A stretch of 64,000 nt of DNA from Eledone cirrhosa (GCA_964016885.1 OZ024759.1:22816001-22880000); one strand, 5' to 3'. Positions 30,501 through 49,038 are shown, counted from the first letter of the stretch. Program-made: numbers and translations. The notes: generated by a model from the sequence alone, not told the origin.

Positions 30501-31342
30501 TGTTACCGATGTTGTGGTTGTTGTGGTTGTTGTTGTTGTACAAGTGGTAGTTTAATGAAAGAAAGTTGTTGGTATTGTTGTATAAGTGGTTGTTTAACGA
30601 CACGATGTTAAACAAAAACAACGGATTTTATTCTATTTCCTCGCACTGCTGCAGTTGTTATTGTTATTGTTAAGGAAGTTAACAAACGAAAATGAAGGGC
30701 TTTATCATATTTCAGATCTTGTTGTTGTGGTTACTGTAGTTGTTGTTTGCGATTGGTGTTGATGTTGTTGTTGTTCTATTAGTAGTAGTAGTTGATGTTG
30801 TTTTGCTATGACTGAAGTTATGCTATAGTTGTATTATTGTAATGTTGTAGTTGATGTTGTAGTATTGCTGTAGTTATTGTTGTAGTTGATTTAGATGTTA
30901 TTGTGTAGTTGTTGTTGATATTGTTTTGTTATGGTTTAGGTTGAGTTGTAGTTATTGTAGTTGTTGTTGTTGTTGAATATTGCATTGAGTCGTTCAACGG
31001 TTTCTAATAAGTCTAAGATGACGTTGTGTTACTGTTGTTGTTGTTGTTGTTGTTGCTGATGATATTGTTACTGTTGTTGTTGTTATTACGCAAATGAAGT
31101 ATAGATCTCAAGACTGATTGAAGTTTGATTAAATTTATAAAACGGAAGATGTAGATGGAGGATAATACAAGGTAAATTTATAGAATATAAAGCATTATTG
31201 TAAATTAAGAAAATTCAAATTTTAAAGAACACACACACACACTAAATAACAACAACAACAAGAATGTAAAACACTGATAGACACATACACATCTACAATA
31301 ACTCAGAGCAACAAATTAGAAGGTATATTTACACACATACAC

Positions 31343-31486
31343 AAGAAGAAGAAGAAGAAGAAGAAGAAGAAGAAGAAGAAGAAGAAGAAGAAGAAGAAGA
31401 AGAAGAAGAAGAAGAAGAAGAAGAAGAAGAAGAAGAAGAAGAAGAAGAAGAAGAAGAAGAAGAAGAAGAAGAAGAAGAAGAAGAAG
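31343..31486. repeat. Pure (GAA)n microsatellite
   Basis: Direct inspection. Confidence 0.98.
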
Positions 31487-31979
31487 GAGGAACCACAACA
31501 ATAAAACCAACACCAACACCTGCAACATAATCAACCAACTTTAACAATAACACAGATTTCAGAAAGACTTTTAAGTATCCACATTTGCATACACACTCTA
31601 AAAGACACACACACACACACAGCAACAGCGGAAAACAAACGTACACATACATACACTATTACGACAACTTAGAGCACCAATTTAAAAGGCAGTCGCGCGC
31701 ACGTACAAACACACACGTATATACATACAAACACACACGTACACTCACTACTTGAGCTAAGACCAATAATTTAAAAAGCACACACATACACACAACCAGT
31801 AACGTAGAACAAGAATCTTCAAAGCCGCACAAACATAGAAATTGGCCGTATTCAGATTTGGAAACGGGATAAGCTTCACCAAGTTTGAATGAAATAAATG
31901 CCCAAGAAACTCCGTACGTCACTACAGTACCCCAACGATTCTACCAGAGTTACATGCCCATACATACATACAAACATAT

Positions 31980-32630
31980 GCGGCAGAGTCGTTAGTAGGT
32001 CGGATATAATACTTTGCATTATTTTTGCCGAGGTTAACTTTGTCTTTCATCCTTACGGGGTCGATAAAATAAAGTACCAGTAATGTACTGGGTAATTGCT
32101 GGCCTTGTGCCTAAAATAGAAACAATTATTTTTATCTTCTCAAGGCGGTGGATTGGCAGTATCGGTAGAGGGTCGGACGCCATGCTTTGACGCATAGAGT
32201 TACGGCCCTTGCCATTCTGAGTTCAAATCCAACCGAGGTTAACTTTGCCTTTCATCCTTACAGGGTCGATAAAACAAAGTACCAGTAATGTACTGGGTAA
32301 TTGCTGGCCTTGTGCCAATAGTAGAAACAATTATTCTTTCCGGCTTTCTGTGACCTGAATTCAAATTCCACTGAGATCAACTTCGACTTTTACCCTTCCG
32401 AGGTCTATAAATGAAGTACCAGTCCAGTCTTGGGGTCAGTTCTTCTTATATATCTCCTTTTCACTTTCCCACTATCACTCGTTTTCCTTACGATAGAAGA
32501 AATTGACCGTTTCCAGATCTGAAAAAGGGATGGACTTCACCAGATTTGATTAAAATGCCCAAGAAACGCCGTATGTCACTACAGCATCCCTATAACTCCA
32601 GCTCCAGTTAGGGACCAAACATACATACAT
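31980..32630 (+). mobile_element. Three tandem tRNA-derived SINE copies
   Basis: Repeated CCGAGGTTAACTTTG(T/C)CTTTCATCCTTAC body; full head at 32143. Confidence 0.85.
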
Positions 32631-32632
32631 AT

Positions 32633-32773
32633 GCTAGTAACTGTTTCAATGCAAATCTTGACAAGCTGGGCTTCACAGAAACAGAAAGAACACAACTAGT
32701 TAGGAAATTACAAGTACAATCCATTAATGGAACAGTAAAAATAGTTAAAACATTCCAAAAATGTTGCATCTAA
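32633..32773 (+). mobile_element. R4/Dong-like RLE retrotransposon extreme C-terminus (3' UTR likely to ~32985)
   Basis: NLDKLGFTETERTQLVRKLQVQSINGTVKIVKTF resembles LQxxxLLGTxKIxRxF ending of the R4 clade. Confidence 0.55.
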
Positions 32774-33588
32774 TAACTGCATAGATACTTGTACAGATAC
32801 AAAGCATATGCGCATGCACACATACAACTCAAAACATCCACATCCACACATACAATAACATCCATACCTACACATACATGCATACATATCTACCTAGTTG
32901 ATGATGTGTAAATTCCAATGAGACAGTCTTGTAACTAAGTTAGAAACCGATTCTCTATTGGCAAACATTTGTGAAATTATAAAACCAGAAGAACATACAT
33001 AATCTTATCGACCTTGGAAGAATGAAAGGCGAAAAGAACCGGAGCAAATGCTGCAAAGCATTTTTCCCCCGAGGCTCTAACGATTCTAGTCAACACACAC
33101 ACAAACGTAGAACAACAAATTAAAAGGCAAAGACAACAACAACAACAACAAAACAATGAAAACCACCACCAACAACAACAACAAAAGAAGACTTTAAAAC
33201 AAAGAAGAAACAAAAAAAGAAAAGAAATTTGTTTATATATTGAAGACACAAACACACAAAGATGGCGATTAAAATTATAAAATTAGCGACAGGAACATTA
33301 ACTCTATTCTGAAAGAAAACATTGAGAAATGAATAACTTTTTCCTGTATTTTACTTGTAGATTTTCTTCGTAATTTTCGAGTAAGTTTTTATTTTATTTT
33401 TAAAGAGAAATTCTTGCAAGATGGATGCCGGAAAAATCATTTATGATGGATGTCGGAATTGGAGTATAGTTTGATAGTTCAAATAGAGGTGGTGGCGGGG
33501 TTGGAGAAATGAAGCGAACAGAGAGAATAATAAATACTAACACCGATAAATGTGTGATTCTGTAAACATATGTATGTATGTATGTATG

Positions 33589-33648
<60 letters not shown>

Positions 33649-34182
33649 TACATACACATATATATATATTTATATATATATATATATTCATACATACACA
33701 TATATATATATTTATATATATATATATATATATTCATACATACACATATATATTTATATATATATATATATATACCCATCCATACGGATATATATATATA
33801 TACTCATACATACAGACACACACATATATATATTCTCATGCACACACACACACACATATATATGTATAAACACAAATATACATACAAACATGTTTATATA
33901 TATACATACATATATATATATATATGTACACATACGTGCATACACATATATATATATACATACATGCATATATACACATGTATACACGCATACGCATACA
34001 CACAAACATATATACATATACACACATAATACATAAATATACATATACATATAAACCTATATGTACATATATATACATACAACAGTAGAGATGACCTATT
34101 TCCGTTTAATTGAACTGTTTACCAACTAAAATATATTTCTCCCTGTTGCCTGGGAAATGTGGAGAGAAGTGTTTAACTTTCT

Positions 34183-34240
<58 letters not shown>

Positions 34241-34241
<1 letters not shown>

Positions 34242-34433
34242 CGAGGGAAAAGTGGTAAGGAACCAGGTGGACCATAACGCACCAAAGTACTCAATACTTA
34301 GGGTAGTAGAGTGGGTAATAGGAGTAAGTAAGACCCCGACGGCTGAGCTCAAGCCGTTTCGACGGCTAATTCTGTACAGAATTAGCCGTCGAAACGGCTT
34401 GAGCTCAGCCGTCGGGGTCTTACTTACTCCTAT
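34241..34433 (-). mobile_element. Family A insertion with perfect 116-bp palindrome (34318-34433)
   Basis: Arms are exact reverse complements, centre TGT|ACA at 34375/34376; (TA)n both sides. Confidence 0.9.
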
Positions 34434-34986
34434 ATATATATATATATATACATGAGTGTGTGTATGTGTGTGTGTGTTTGTGATATATTTATATGTACAT
34501 GTGTGTGTGTGTATGTGTGTGTGTGTGTTTGTGATATATTTATATGTATGTATATATATTTGTGTATTTATGCGTGTATGAATGTACGTGTGTATGTACA
34601 TAAATATAAATATATATATGTGTATGTGTGTGTATGTATGTATATATGTATATATATATATGTATATATATATGTGTGTGTATGTATATATGTATATATA
34701 TGTGTGTGTATGTATATATGTATATATATATATATGTATATATATGTGTGTGTATATATATATGTATATATATACATATATATATGTATACATATATATA
34801 CATATATACGTATATATATATATATATATAAATATTAAGTTAAACAATATTCGATGATTATGTCAAAGAATGAGTTTTACAGTAGATTGGAAGCACTCAA
34901 CGGTAAAATAATTTTCAGGAGTTATTAATATTAAAATACATTGATTAAATCTTAACCATATAACATCTCAGGGTATGTCATGTATC

Positions 34987-35049
34987 ATTATATTTTGTCT
35001 GATGAGGACGTACTGTTGTACATCCGAAATATGTGTAATAAAATGTAAT
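34987..35049 (+). ncRNA. Type I hammerhead ribozyme, intact core
   Basis: AUUAUAUUUUGU-CUGAUGA-GGACGUAC-UGUU-GUACAUCC-GAAA-UAUGUG-UA/AUAAAAUGUAAU; 12-bp stem I. Confidence 0.85.
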
Positions 35050-35119
35050 TGATCAAAAGAACATCTATTTTATTAATACTTATATTTTAATATTATATAT
35101 ACATGTATATATATATATG

Positions 35120-35151
<32 letters not shown>

Positions 35152-35595
35152 TGTATATATATACATATGTATATTTATATACGCATGTATATACATATAG
35201 CCTACATTATACTAATAGCGGTCACAGTGTCAGTGTTTCACAACTAGGAACTGTTTGACTTAACAAATATTTCAATTTTTTCTTCCTCTTTATCTTTGTC
35301 TTCTTCCTCCTTCTTCTAAAGAATGGTTTATAATATTGGTACAAGGCCAACAATTCTGGCGGAATGTGAATTTCGATTATTTCTATCTCAGTACATGACT
35401 GGTACTTTATTTTATCGACTTTAGAAAGATGAAAGGCAAAATTGACCTTGGCGTGACTAGAACTCAGAACTCACAGAGACAGAACAAATACTTAAAAGTA
35501 TTTATGCGACGTTCTACCGGTTCGGTTAATCCACCGCCCTTTCTTTTGTTGATATATATTAGTTAAATACTTGATTTAGCAAAAAAAGAAGAACG

Positions 35596-35627
35596 TTAAC
35601 GTTTCGGGTGTTAGTCCTTCATCGGAA
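35596..35627 (-). ncRNA. Minimal hammerhead-like motif
   Basis: UU-CCGAUGA-A-GG..CC-GAAA-CG-UU/AA; stem I very short. Confidence 0.45.
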
Positions 35628-36004
35628 GATAGAAAGAATGATAGAATAAGAAATAGATAGATAGTCAGACGCGAATATGAAAAGGAAATTCAGAAAACCC
35701 TTTCTTTTTTTTTAAAGGAGGAATGCACGTATGTAGTATTAGCAATAGTGGTAGTGATGGTAATGAAAGTGGTAGTTCATGAGACTTGGTACCTTACTAC
35801 CGCTACTTCAGTTCTTTGTACACTGCTTTTAATATAAGTTTTGGCAATATAATGTTACAGGCTATAACACAAGTAACATACACACACATGTACACCAGGT
35901 TCGAACACAGTGGAATCAAACTCTCACTGTCATCGCCTCCGTCTCTCCCGCCTTCTCCATATCTCACTATTATGAGAAAATGGGGTCCCAGGTGGTGGCC
36001 ACCC

Positions 36005-36436
36005 TGAGGCCCCGGCGGACAGAATAGAGAAGGCGTTTCCCCGGACGATGGTGAGGGAGATGCGTTGGTAGAGCCATTCCAGCTCCCGAGGCTCACCAGC
36101 TGCGGTTAACCAGCTCTGCACCTATGGTTATGAGTAAGGGGAGGGTAGCCCTCGGGCCAATGACACCAGAAGTCTACACTGCTAGAGGCTCGACTGCAAA
36201 CCCGTCGGACGGCCCCGGTGGACATAATAGAGATGGCGTTTCCCCCGGAGTATGGTGAAGGAGATACTCAGGATGAGCCATTCCAGCTTGCAAGGCTCAC
36301 ACCTGTGGCTAGTCAGCTCTGCGCCTATGGTTGTGAGTAAGGAGGTGGCCCTAGGGTCATGGACACCAGAAGTCTCCACTGCCAGAGGCTTGACTACAAA
36401 CCTGTCGGAGATCGACCGATATTTGTGTGTAGCCAT
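36005..36436 (-). mobile_element. CRE-clade retrotransposon RLE-domain C-terminus, two tandem diverged copies
   Basis: KYRSISDRFVVKPLAVETSG..EPCKLEWL..ISFTILRG and GEPRELEWLYQRISLTIVRGNAFSIL. Confidence 0.75.
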
Positions 36437-36867
36437 TTAGGAATTATATAAAGATTTGAACACAGATCTGAAGTCATTGAAATTCTACCGTCAACGATGA
36501 AATAACTATATAACTATACGATTAGTCTTTCATCTATCCTGATATAAAATATGGATTTTTTCCCCCAGAAATCTCTCCATTATTCCTTTATTTTCTCTTA
36601 CACCCGAGAACAAGAGTTAAAAAAATGGATAAAAATAAAATACACAATTCTTTTGAAAAACGAAGAAAAAAAAAATCCCCTTTAAAAATCGAGAACTTTT
36701 TTTTTCGAGATGAAGTTTCATCACATTTCATCATCTGCTATTTTCACTTCTCATTTTTAATCGATAAGCGTTTTTTTTTTTTTTTTTGTTCTCTTTTTAT
36801 TATTTTCTCTTTCTTTCTGCATTTGCTTCTCTCTCTCTCTCGCTCTATCTATCCCCCTCTTTCTCCC

Positions 36868-36913
<46 letters not shown>

Positions 36914-37253
36914 CCTCTCTCTCGTGACATCACTCTGTATTATTATCATTAATCTTTCTATCTATCTAAAATAAAGTACCAGTAATGCACTGGGTATGTG
37001 CTGGCCTTGTGCCTAAAGTAGAAACAATTAATCTTTCTATCTATCACTAGTTTCTCTCTCTCTCTCTCTCTGTCTGTCTGTCTATCATTCTATATCTCTA
37101 ACTCTCTCTCTATCCTTCTCCATCACCGCTTTCTCTCTCTGTCTCTCTCTCTCCCACTCTCTCTATCTCTCTCTCTCACTCTCATTCTCGACATCGCTCT
37201 GTATTATTATCAATCTCTGTCTCTACCTATCTCTCTCTATCCTTATCCATCAA

Positions 37254-37306
<53 letters not shown>

Positions 37307-37703
37307 CTTCCCCATCAACGCTCTCTCTCTGTGTCTCACTCTCCTCCTCTCTCTACATCACTCTCTATGCTTCTCCACCAATACACACACAGACACTCTC
37401 TCTCTCTCTCTCTCTCCATACGTTTTACAGTTTTAATGATCAAAATAGCGTTACATTTACAGAAATATTCAATTCATTATTATTATCATTATTATTATTA
37501 CTGATCGTATTATATGAGTAGTAGTTGTTGTTGTTGCTGCTGTTGGTAGTGCTATAGTGAGGTTGTTGATATTATCACAATCATCATCATTATTGTCATT
37601 ATTATCATCATTATTATTAATATTATTATTACTATTTGCTAACTTCTGAAAGCTAAGATGTCAAGTTCTGTCGACCGTGTTATAAAATACACGTACACAC
37701 ACA

Positions 37704-38103
<400 letters not shown>

Positions 38104-38210
38104 GTGTGTATACAGTATATATACAGACATACATATATACATATATATATATTAAAAAAAAATATATTTTTTTTTATACAAATATATATATACATATATG
38201 TATACATATA

Positions 38211-38250
<40 letters not shown>

Positions 38251-38783
38251 ATCCGTGTTTATATGTGATGTATACATGCATGTTGTATAGAGAGGATTAT
38301 ACATGCATGGAGAAGTGCATATTATATGTGTGTATAAAACTTTTTTTATATATCCTTGTATTAACGAGCAATATTAGATATTAGAACACTAAAATACACA
38401 CACACATGCATTTATACACGCATACATACACACATACACACATACATACATGTATGCATACATACACACATGCATACATTCTTACACACACATACATATA
38501 TACATACATGCTTTCATACATAATACACACACACACGCGCATACATGCATACACACATACATACATACACATGCATACATATTCTCAGTAAGTACACAAA
38601 CAAACTGACTCACTAACACACACACATACAAACACACACACATTAACATTACAGTAAACACAGACAGATTGAATACATGCACAGACATTCTCACAGACGC
38701 ACGCTCTCATTCATACACACACACGTGTATATATATATATATATAAATATATACATTCATATATAGATACATACATGCATGTA

Positions 38784-38822
<39 letters not shown>

Positions 38823-40231
38823 GCATATAAACAAATATATATATATATATATATATACATGCATATAAACTAACATGCATATATATATATATATATATAC
38901 ATGCATATAAACATACATGCATATATATATATATATATATATATACACGTTCACAATAAAAGAAAAACGAATAATAACGAAAAAATACATATAAATTAAT
39001 GGTCGATCTATTTGAAGTAGCCATTTTGTTTTTACTTTTTTCTTCAGAGTTTTCCGAATAACAACAACAATAAACGAAAAAAAAAAAAAGCCCCAGTTTC
39101 CATTTCAAACAGATTCACAGTTTATAAAAGGATTCTCCAAATGTTTTCTATGGAGTTCCGGTTTTGTTTTTATTCCGTTGTTTTGATGGGTGAATCTTGC
39201 ATAGGAAGAAAAACAAACAAAAAGAAAAGAAACAAACTAAAACAACAAACACACACACAAACAAACAAAAACAAACAAAAACCCCCCAAAAAACGCAGAT
39301 CAGATAATGAAAGAAAAATTGTTTATTTCAAGCCTCAAATACTAACCTCTCTTACGAAACCATCCACTATCAATTCGACAACTACTTCTAATACAACCAT
39401 TACTACTAATAACGACTATTTTCTTCCACCTCTTACTACAACTAATACTAATAATAACGACTACTACTACTACTACTACTACTACTATTATTATTAGTAG
39501 TAGTAATAGTAGTAGTAGTAGTAACGACCATTGGTGAAATTTGTATAGAGAGAAAGAAAAAAAAATTCAGAAAAACAGAGACATGCTGTTTATTTCAAAT
39601 CTAAAACATCGCTACAGTCTCCTACACACAACATTCACTTCTGTCATCACTCCCTCCATCGCCGTCCCCTCCACCCCCTTCAGCAATAAATGGGTGTACC
39701 TTGGATGGACCATCGTCACTTCCGACGACGAGTGTTCCGGTTGTTTGATGTACCTGAGCATTCCACAAACGCGTACTTCCTTCGTATAGTCCTGAGGGAG
39801 ATTCAGTACAGTGCAGTGCGTCGTGTTAGATCGCAACCAGTTCCAACATTAAGTGTTCTGATTGTTTGATCAACATGAAATTAATGCGTGCAAGAGCATG
39901 AGCATTTCACAGACACGAGTACCGTTAATGTCCTCAGGGAGATCCAGGGTGGCACAGTATGTGTATGTGGGTATGTAGGTGTGTGACATGCCTGGTACTT
40001 TGAATTACAGGTACAACTCCCTTTAACCAGCTGAGTGGAGTGGAACAACGTGGACTACTGACAGAGTTTTTTGTGGCACTGAGAAACAATGAGAAGACAA
40101 GTGAACACTTAAATAGTCCTCAGAGAGGGAGAATGATATATATATTAATATATATATATATATATTATATATAGAGAGAGAGATAGAGAGGGGAGAGAGA
40201 GAGGGTGGAGAAAGAGAAAGAGGGGCTAGAA

Positions 40232-40262
<31 letters not shown>

Positions 40263-40313
40263 AGATACAGTATTGACATACCCTTTCATTATTTATAAAA
40301 CTGGTATATATTG

Positions 40314-40378
40314 TATTTTCTCTGATGAAAGCATACCATAATTTAACATGGTATCCTTGAAATACGTATAATAAAATA
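40314..40378 (+). ncRNA. Type I hammerhead ribozyme, intact core
   Basis: UAUUUUCU-CUGAUGA-AAGCAUACCAU..AUGGUAUCCUU-GAAA-UACGUA-UA/AUAAAAUA. Confidence 0.85.
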
Positions 40379-40507
40379 GATATGGTTTTATAAATATAGT
40401 TTCCATTTGTTAATATCGTATATTTACTCCAAATACTTGTCGAGTGCTTTTTACCAGTTATGAAAATATTTGCTTGTTGTATCCCAACAATTTAAATAGA
40501 ACTTTTG

Positions 40508-40584
<77 letters not shown>

Positions 40585-40648
40585 TTAATTCATAAGATTT
40601 AGGAAGCCATAATTGAATTTGAAGCCTGAAGTATATTGATTTTACTAA

Positions 40649-40704
40649 GAAATGTTGCGGGCTACAGACCCGTTTCACTGTTTACGAACTTCTTCAGAGA
40701 TCTC
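40649..40704 (-). ncRNA. Degenerate hammerhead ribozyme
   Basis: GAGAUCU-CUGAAGA-..-GAAA-CGGG-loop-CCCG-CA/ACAUUUC; U16.1 replaced by C. Confidence 0.5.
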
Positions 40705-40759
40705 TCAAGAACTTGTTAAATATTTACATCAGTCGACTCCCCCAAGATATTATTTCCAG

Positions 40760-44790
<4,031 letters not shown>

Positions 44791-45805
44791 TGTGTTGTGT
44801 GCTTCCATGCACTCAACCATAGCAACAAATATAACCATAGACACGCGCATAAACAATGGTGAACTAACAAACGAGAAGTCTAACTCCCTTCCTTTCCACC
44901 ACTTCTTCCTTCTACTCTACGCCTCCCTCTATCTCACTGTTCCTATTTATTCTTCCCCTCTCTCTGTTTTCGCTTCGTTGTTCCTATCTAATCCTTTCTC
45001 ATCTTGTTTTTTCCACTCTCTCTCTCTTCTCCAATCTTTTCCACATGCTCCACTTTCATTATAACCTATTACCTCGCTTTAATCCAATTTTCTCTCTCTC
45101 TCTCTCGTCCTATGTTCTCTCTCTCTCTGTCTTCCTACTCCTCCTTCTCCTCTTTACCACATCACCACGACCCAGCATCATTCTTTACCAATATCGATCC
45201 TATTTTCTCCATTGTTGAAGACAAACATAAAATAAATTAAAATTAAAATCAAAATTAGAATCAAGATTAAAAGAAAAAAAATATACTAAATTCCTAAATA
45301 AAGGTTACCGTAGCCGCGAAGCACGAAATTAAAATATTCTGAAATATCAGTTGATTATAGATTATGATTCTCTAAACGTTATTATGACAAACTAAAGAAA
45401 ATAGATTCGCTCCGGCTCTGTGCTCCCTGAGTTCAAATCCTACCGAGGTCAACTTTACCTTTCATCAAGTCAGCATTGATAAAAAAGAAGTAGCAGTCCA
45501 ATACTCGGATCGTATCTTCATTTATATCTTTTTCTCACTATCACACACACACACACACATCTTTCACACACAATCTCTTTCACACACAATCTCTTTCACA
45601 CACACATACACTATCTCTTTCACACACACACACTTACGCACACACATCTTTCACACACACACACACACTTACGCACACACACAACATCTTTCACACACAC
45701 ACACAGCATCTCTTTCACAGACACAGACACACACACACTATCTCTTTCATACACACACACTATCACTTTCACTCTTTATTCTTCTGTGAAAGAAATAGAA
45801 TAGTC

Positions 45806-46135
45806 GTGGGGGATGTGCAGAGTGTAGCAGTGTTCCATCTCCCTCACTTGTCGGGAAGGAACTGTAGGGTGGAGCATTGTATCACCCCCTTCCCTGGTCG
45901 TTGCGGCTACTGCAGGGTGGAGCAATGTATCACCTCCCTCCATGGTCGTGGGGGGTACTGCAGGGTGGAGCAATGTATCACCTCCCTCCATGGTCGTGGG
46001 GGGTACTGCAGGGTGGAGCAATGTATCACCTCCCTCCATGGTCGTGGGAGGACTGTATGGTGGAGTAGTGTTCCACCTCCTTCCGTGATCGTGGGGGTAC
46101 AGCAGGGTGGAGCAGTCGATCACCTCCCTCGCTCC
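45806..46135. repeat. GC-rich 48-bp minisatellite, ~6-7 units
   Basis: CTGCAGGGTGGAGCAATGTATCACCTCCCTCCATGGTCGTGG at 45910, 45958, 46006. Confidence 0.92.
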
Positions 46136-46972
46136 ATCCATCCATCTCTGCCACGAGTGAGGAATTGAGATGTCACAGAATTTTTACCGGTTGATTCCTC
46201 GAGGTTTTTCGCCCATTAGTTTTATTATAATTTGCGAAATTACATTAGAGGAAACATTTCCTAAGCTTCTACTATGAAAAATGTGGCTCTTAGGAATTTC
46301 ATTCATTTTAAAAAGTAGCAGCTTTGAAATCTGCTGCATATGGAGTAGAACAGAACAGAGCATAAGAGAGCAGAGATTTTCAAACGAGATTTCACACGGT
46401 AACTACACGTGCTGTTACTTTTGCAATTGATGAGTTGAATTCACGAGATATTGAGAGTAACAAGGGAGAAAACGTCTTGAAAAACATCATTTACTTAAAC
46501 CTTCAATTGTCTTGCCAGAACATTCCATAATATACCAGCCACTAAGCGGATTGAAAATAGCAATAGATCACGTTGCCACGTCTTCAACCAATTCATCACT
46601 GTCTTAGTCTCCAACTTCATCTTCGTCTTTGTCTTTGTCTTTGTCTTTGTTCTATCGCAATCATTCACAATAGAGATTACTTTTCTTAATTCGCTCAGAT
46701 AATTACGAAGAAAATAATGTTTATCGTACTTGAAAATAGAAGTGATATTGCAACAAAGTCTCGGAGGATGGGTTATTTTGTTCGTAGTTAAAATAATGTT
46801 CAACTGTCAGTGAGATCAAGAGAAGGGAAGGGAATATAACTTACTATACTGAATCGATCTAGTAAGATGAATCACTTTCTGCGTACTAAGAATGATGTTT
46901 ATCGTTGTTGTATTCGTGCCTGCTCTTAACTATCTATGATCATGATTCTTGCGTAATGACCGACAGAATACG

Positions 46973-47160
46973 ATCGCGAACACAAGCGGCCGAAACGAGG
47001 TTCATTCGAAGTGTCTTTGGAGTAATGTGTCTCGATAGATCGTGAACACAAGCGGCTGAAAGAGGGTTCTTCCGAAGTGACTTTACTCGATAAATCGCGA
47101 ACACAAACGGCCGAAATGTGGTTTCACTGAAATGTCTTTGAAGTAACATTACTCGGCAGA
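46973..47160. repeat. Three imperfect 56-66-bp direct repeats, CpG-rich
   Basis: ATCG(C/T)GAACACAA..GGC(C/T)GAAA at 46973, 47039, 47095. Confidence 0.75.
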
Positions 47161-47664
47161 GTGAATAACACGGAAATCAGCACCTGAAATAAGTATGTAA
47201 GTGGCTGAGCATTCCACAAACATGTGTACTCTTAACGCTAACCATTACACTAACCATACATGTAAATATGACAAAAGTATTGTAGCCAGGTCTACCCGAT
47301 TTAAACTTTCACACAATGTATCTTGGACTACATTATCCAATGTTACCTCCCAGCTTTTTAAATTTTAAGGCGTAACTTGACGGATATTTCTACCAAGTCG
47401 CGCAAGCTATTCACTACTAAGGACCCTCTTTATTTAAATGAACTGTTCTAAGAACCCCACCCACCCTTCCCGTGCTACAATTACCCCCACCCAAATATTT
47501 ATAAAATAGGAATATCAATCGAAAAAGAGAGATGCATATATGAAGAGAATAATGGATACCGAGCGGTGTGTGTATAATATTTATTTAACAAAGTACTTAA
47601 ACATTTGAACTTAGGTCACGCATCCCACCCCAGAAGATGGATACACGATAGTGTGTGTATATAA

Positions 47665-47842
47665 CTGTTTCTACATTTGGCACAAGGTCAGCAATTGTCC
47701 CAGTGCATTACTGGTACTTTATTTTATCGACCCCGTAAGGATGAGAGTCAAAGTTAACCTCGGCGGGATTTGAACTCAGACTGTAAAGGGACGTAACTCG
47801 AAAGCATGGCATCCGACCCTCAACCGATACTGCCAATCCACA
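47665..47842 (-). mobile_element. tRNA-derived SINE, near full length
   Basis: Reverse complement of the 62307 copy. Confidence 0.88.
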
Positions 47843-48460
47843 ATAATGTTTTTAATACAGTACTTAAACATTTGAACTCAAATCACGGAACCCTGTTACG
47901 ACGCATGTGGGCAGCCAGGAAATCCTTTGAGCTCGGACTATATTATCTTATGTCTCATTCCTGATTTAATTTTATCGTAATCTGAAATTTGTTGGAGATT
48001 TGACAGCTATTTCTAGCAAGTCGAGCCACCGTATAAAAGCCGCTTCATCAACTCAATTCTTCGCACATTAACCAAGCTGGTGTAAAGAAGATGAGATGTT
48101 TGTTATTCTCGACAATTTACGTTAATTAATCTTCTCACTAATTTGATTGATCCACTGTCTTTCAAATTATTAATATTCTCTGTTCTAAATCCAGAGTTTA
48201 CCCACGACCAACTTTCACCAAAATCATCATCATCATCAACATATCATCATCATCATCGGCGCCACCGCTACTGCCGTCATCACTGTCATCATTACCATCA
48301 CCATCATCATTTCCACCATCATCATCGGCGCCGTTGCTGTTCATGTCACTGCTATAATTATTTATACTAAACTCGTCCTATGAACTGGGTGTTCTTACTC
48401 TTGGATATTTCTACAAAACTTTTACTACAGTATATATATATAAATATATATATGTTTTCA

Positions 48461-48655
48461 AATATAGAAATGGCTTCTACAGAACTAGAACTGTTTCATT
48501 CGAAGGAAATCATCAGGAAATTCCTGATGATTTCCTTCGAATGAAACAGTTCTAGTCCTGTAGAAGCCATTTCTATATTAAATATTTATACTCTGCTATG
48601 TATTGAGTACCTTACTTACTGTGATTACCCCTGATTGAACCCGAGATACACATAA
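48461..48655 (+). mobile_element. Family B insertion with 119-bp palindrome containing back-to-back hammerhead cores
   Basis: Arms 48461-48519 / 48521-48579; UUC-CUGAUGA-U-UUC-CUUC-GAA-U-GAAA-CAG-loop-CUG-UA/GAA; hairpin motif 48590-48608. Confidence 0.75.
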
Positions 48656-49038
48656 ATATATATATATATAAATATATATATATACACACACAACATAACC
48701 TATAGTAGGGTATATTGGTATTTCATTTGATATATATACACAATATACTTTAATTTATATATATATATATATTGGAGATCCCTAGGATCTCCAATCTTTT
48801 GCAAGGTGAAACCGTCGGTAAAAGCAAATGGATTAGGTAAATATTTAAATTATATTTTTTAATTTATTTTGAGAAATTGTTTGAATTTTACCTGTTCCGC
48901 TTATCTCAATTTTATAGTTCTGGTATGTCAAATTAATACCATAGAACACCACTGTATCATAGACACCCTATATATTTACAGGGGTACTTAGTACCTGTGG
49001 GGATATTAATCTCCTTTTATATATATATATATATATAT

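Noticed and set aside
30139-30621. 160-aa Thr/Asn/His-rich mucin-like ORF
   Set aside because: Translation of a GT-rich minisatellite and trinucleotide repeats
39612-39836. 74-aa ORF as host exon
   Set aside because: Overlaps an interspersed repeat with relatives at ~18600-18760 and ~21060
45776-46168. 120-aa ORFs or CRISPR-like array
   Set aside because: A 48-bp tandem repeat is open in several frames by chance, and there are no variable spacers
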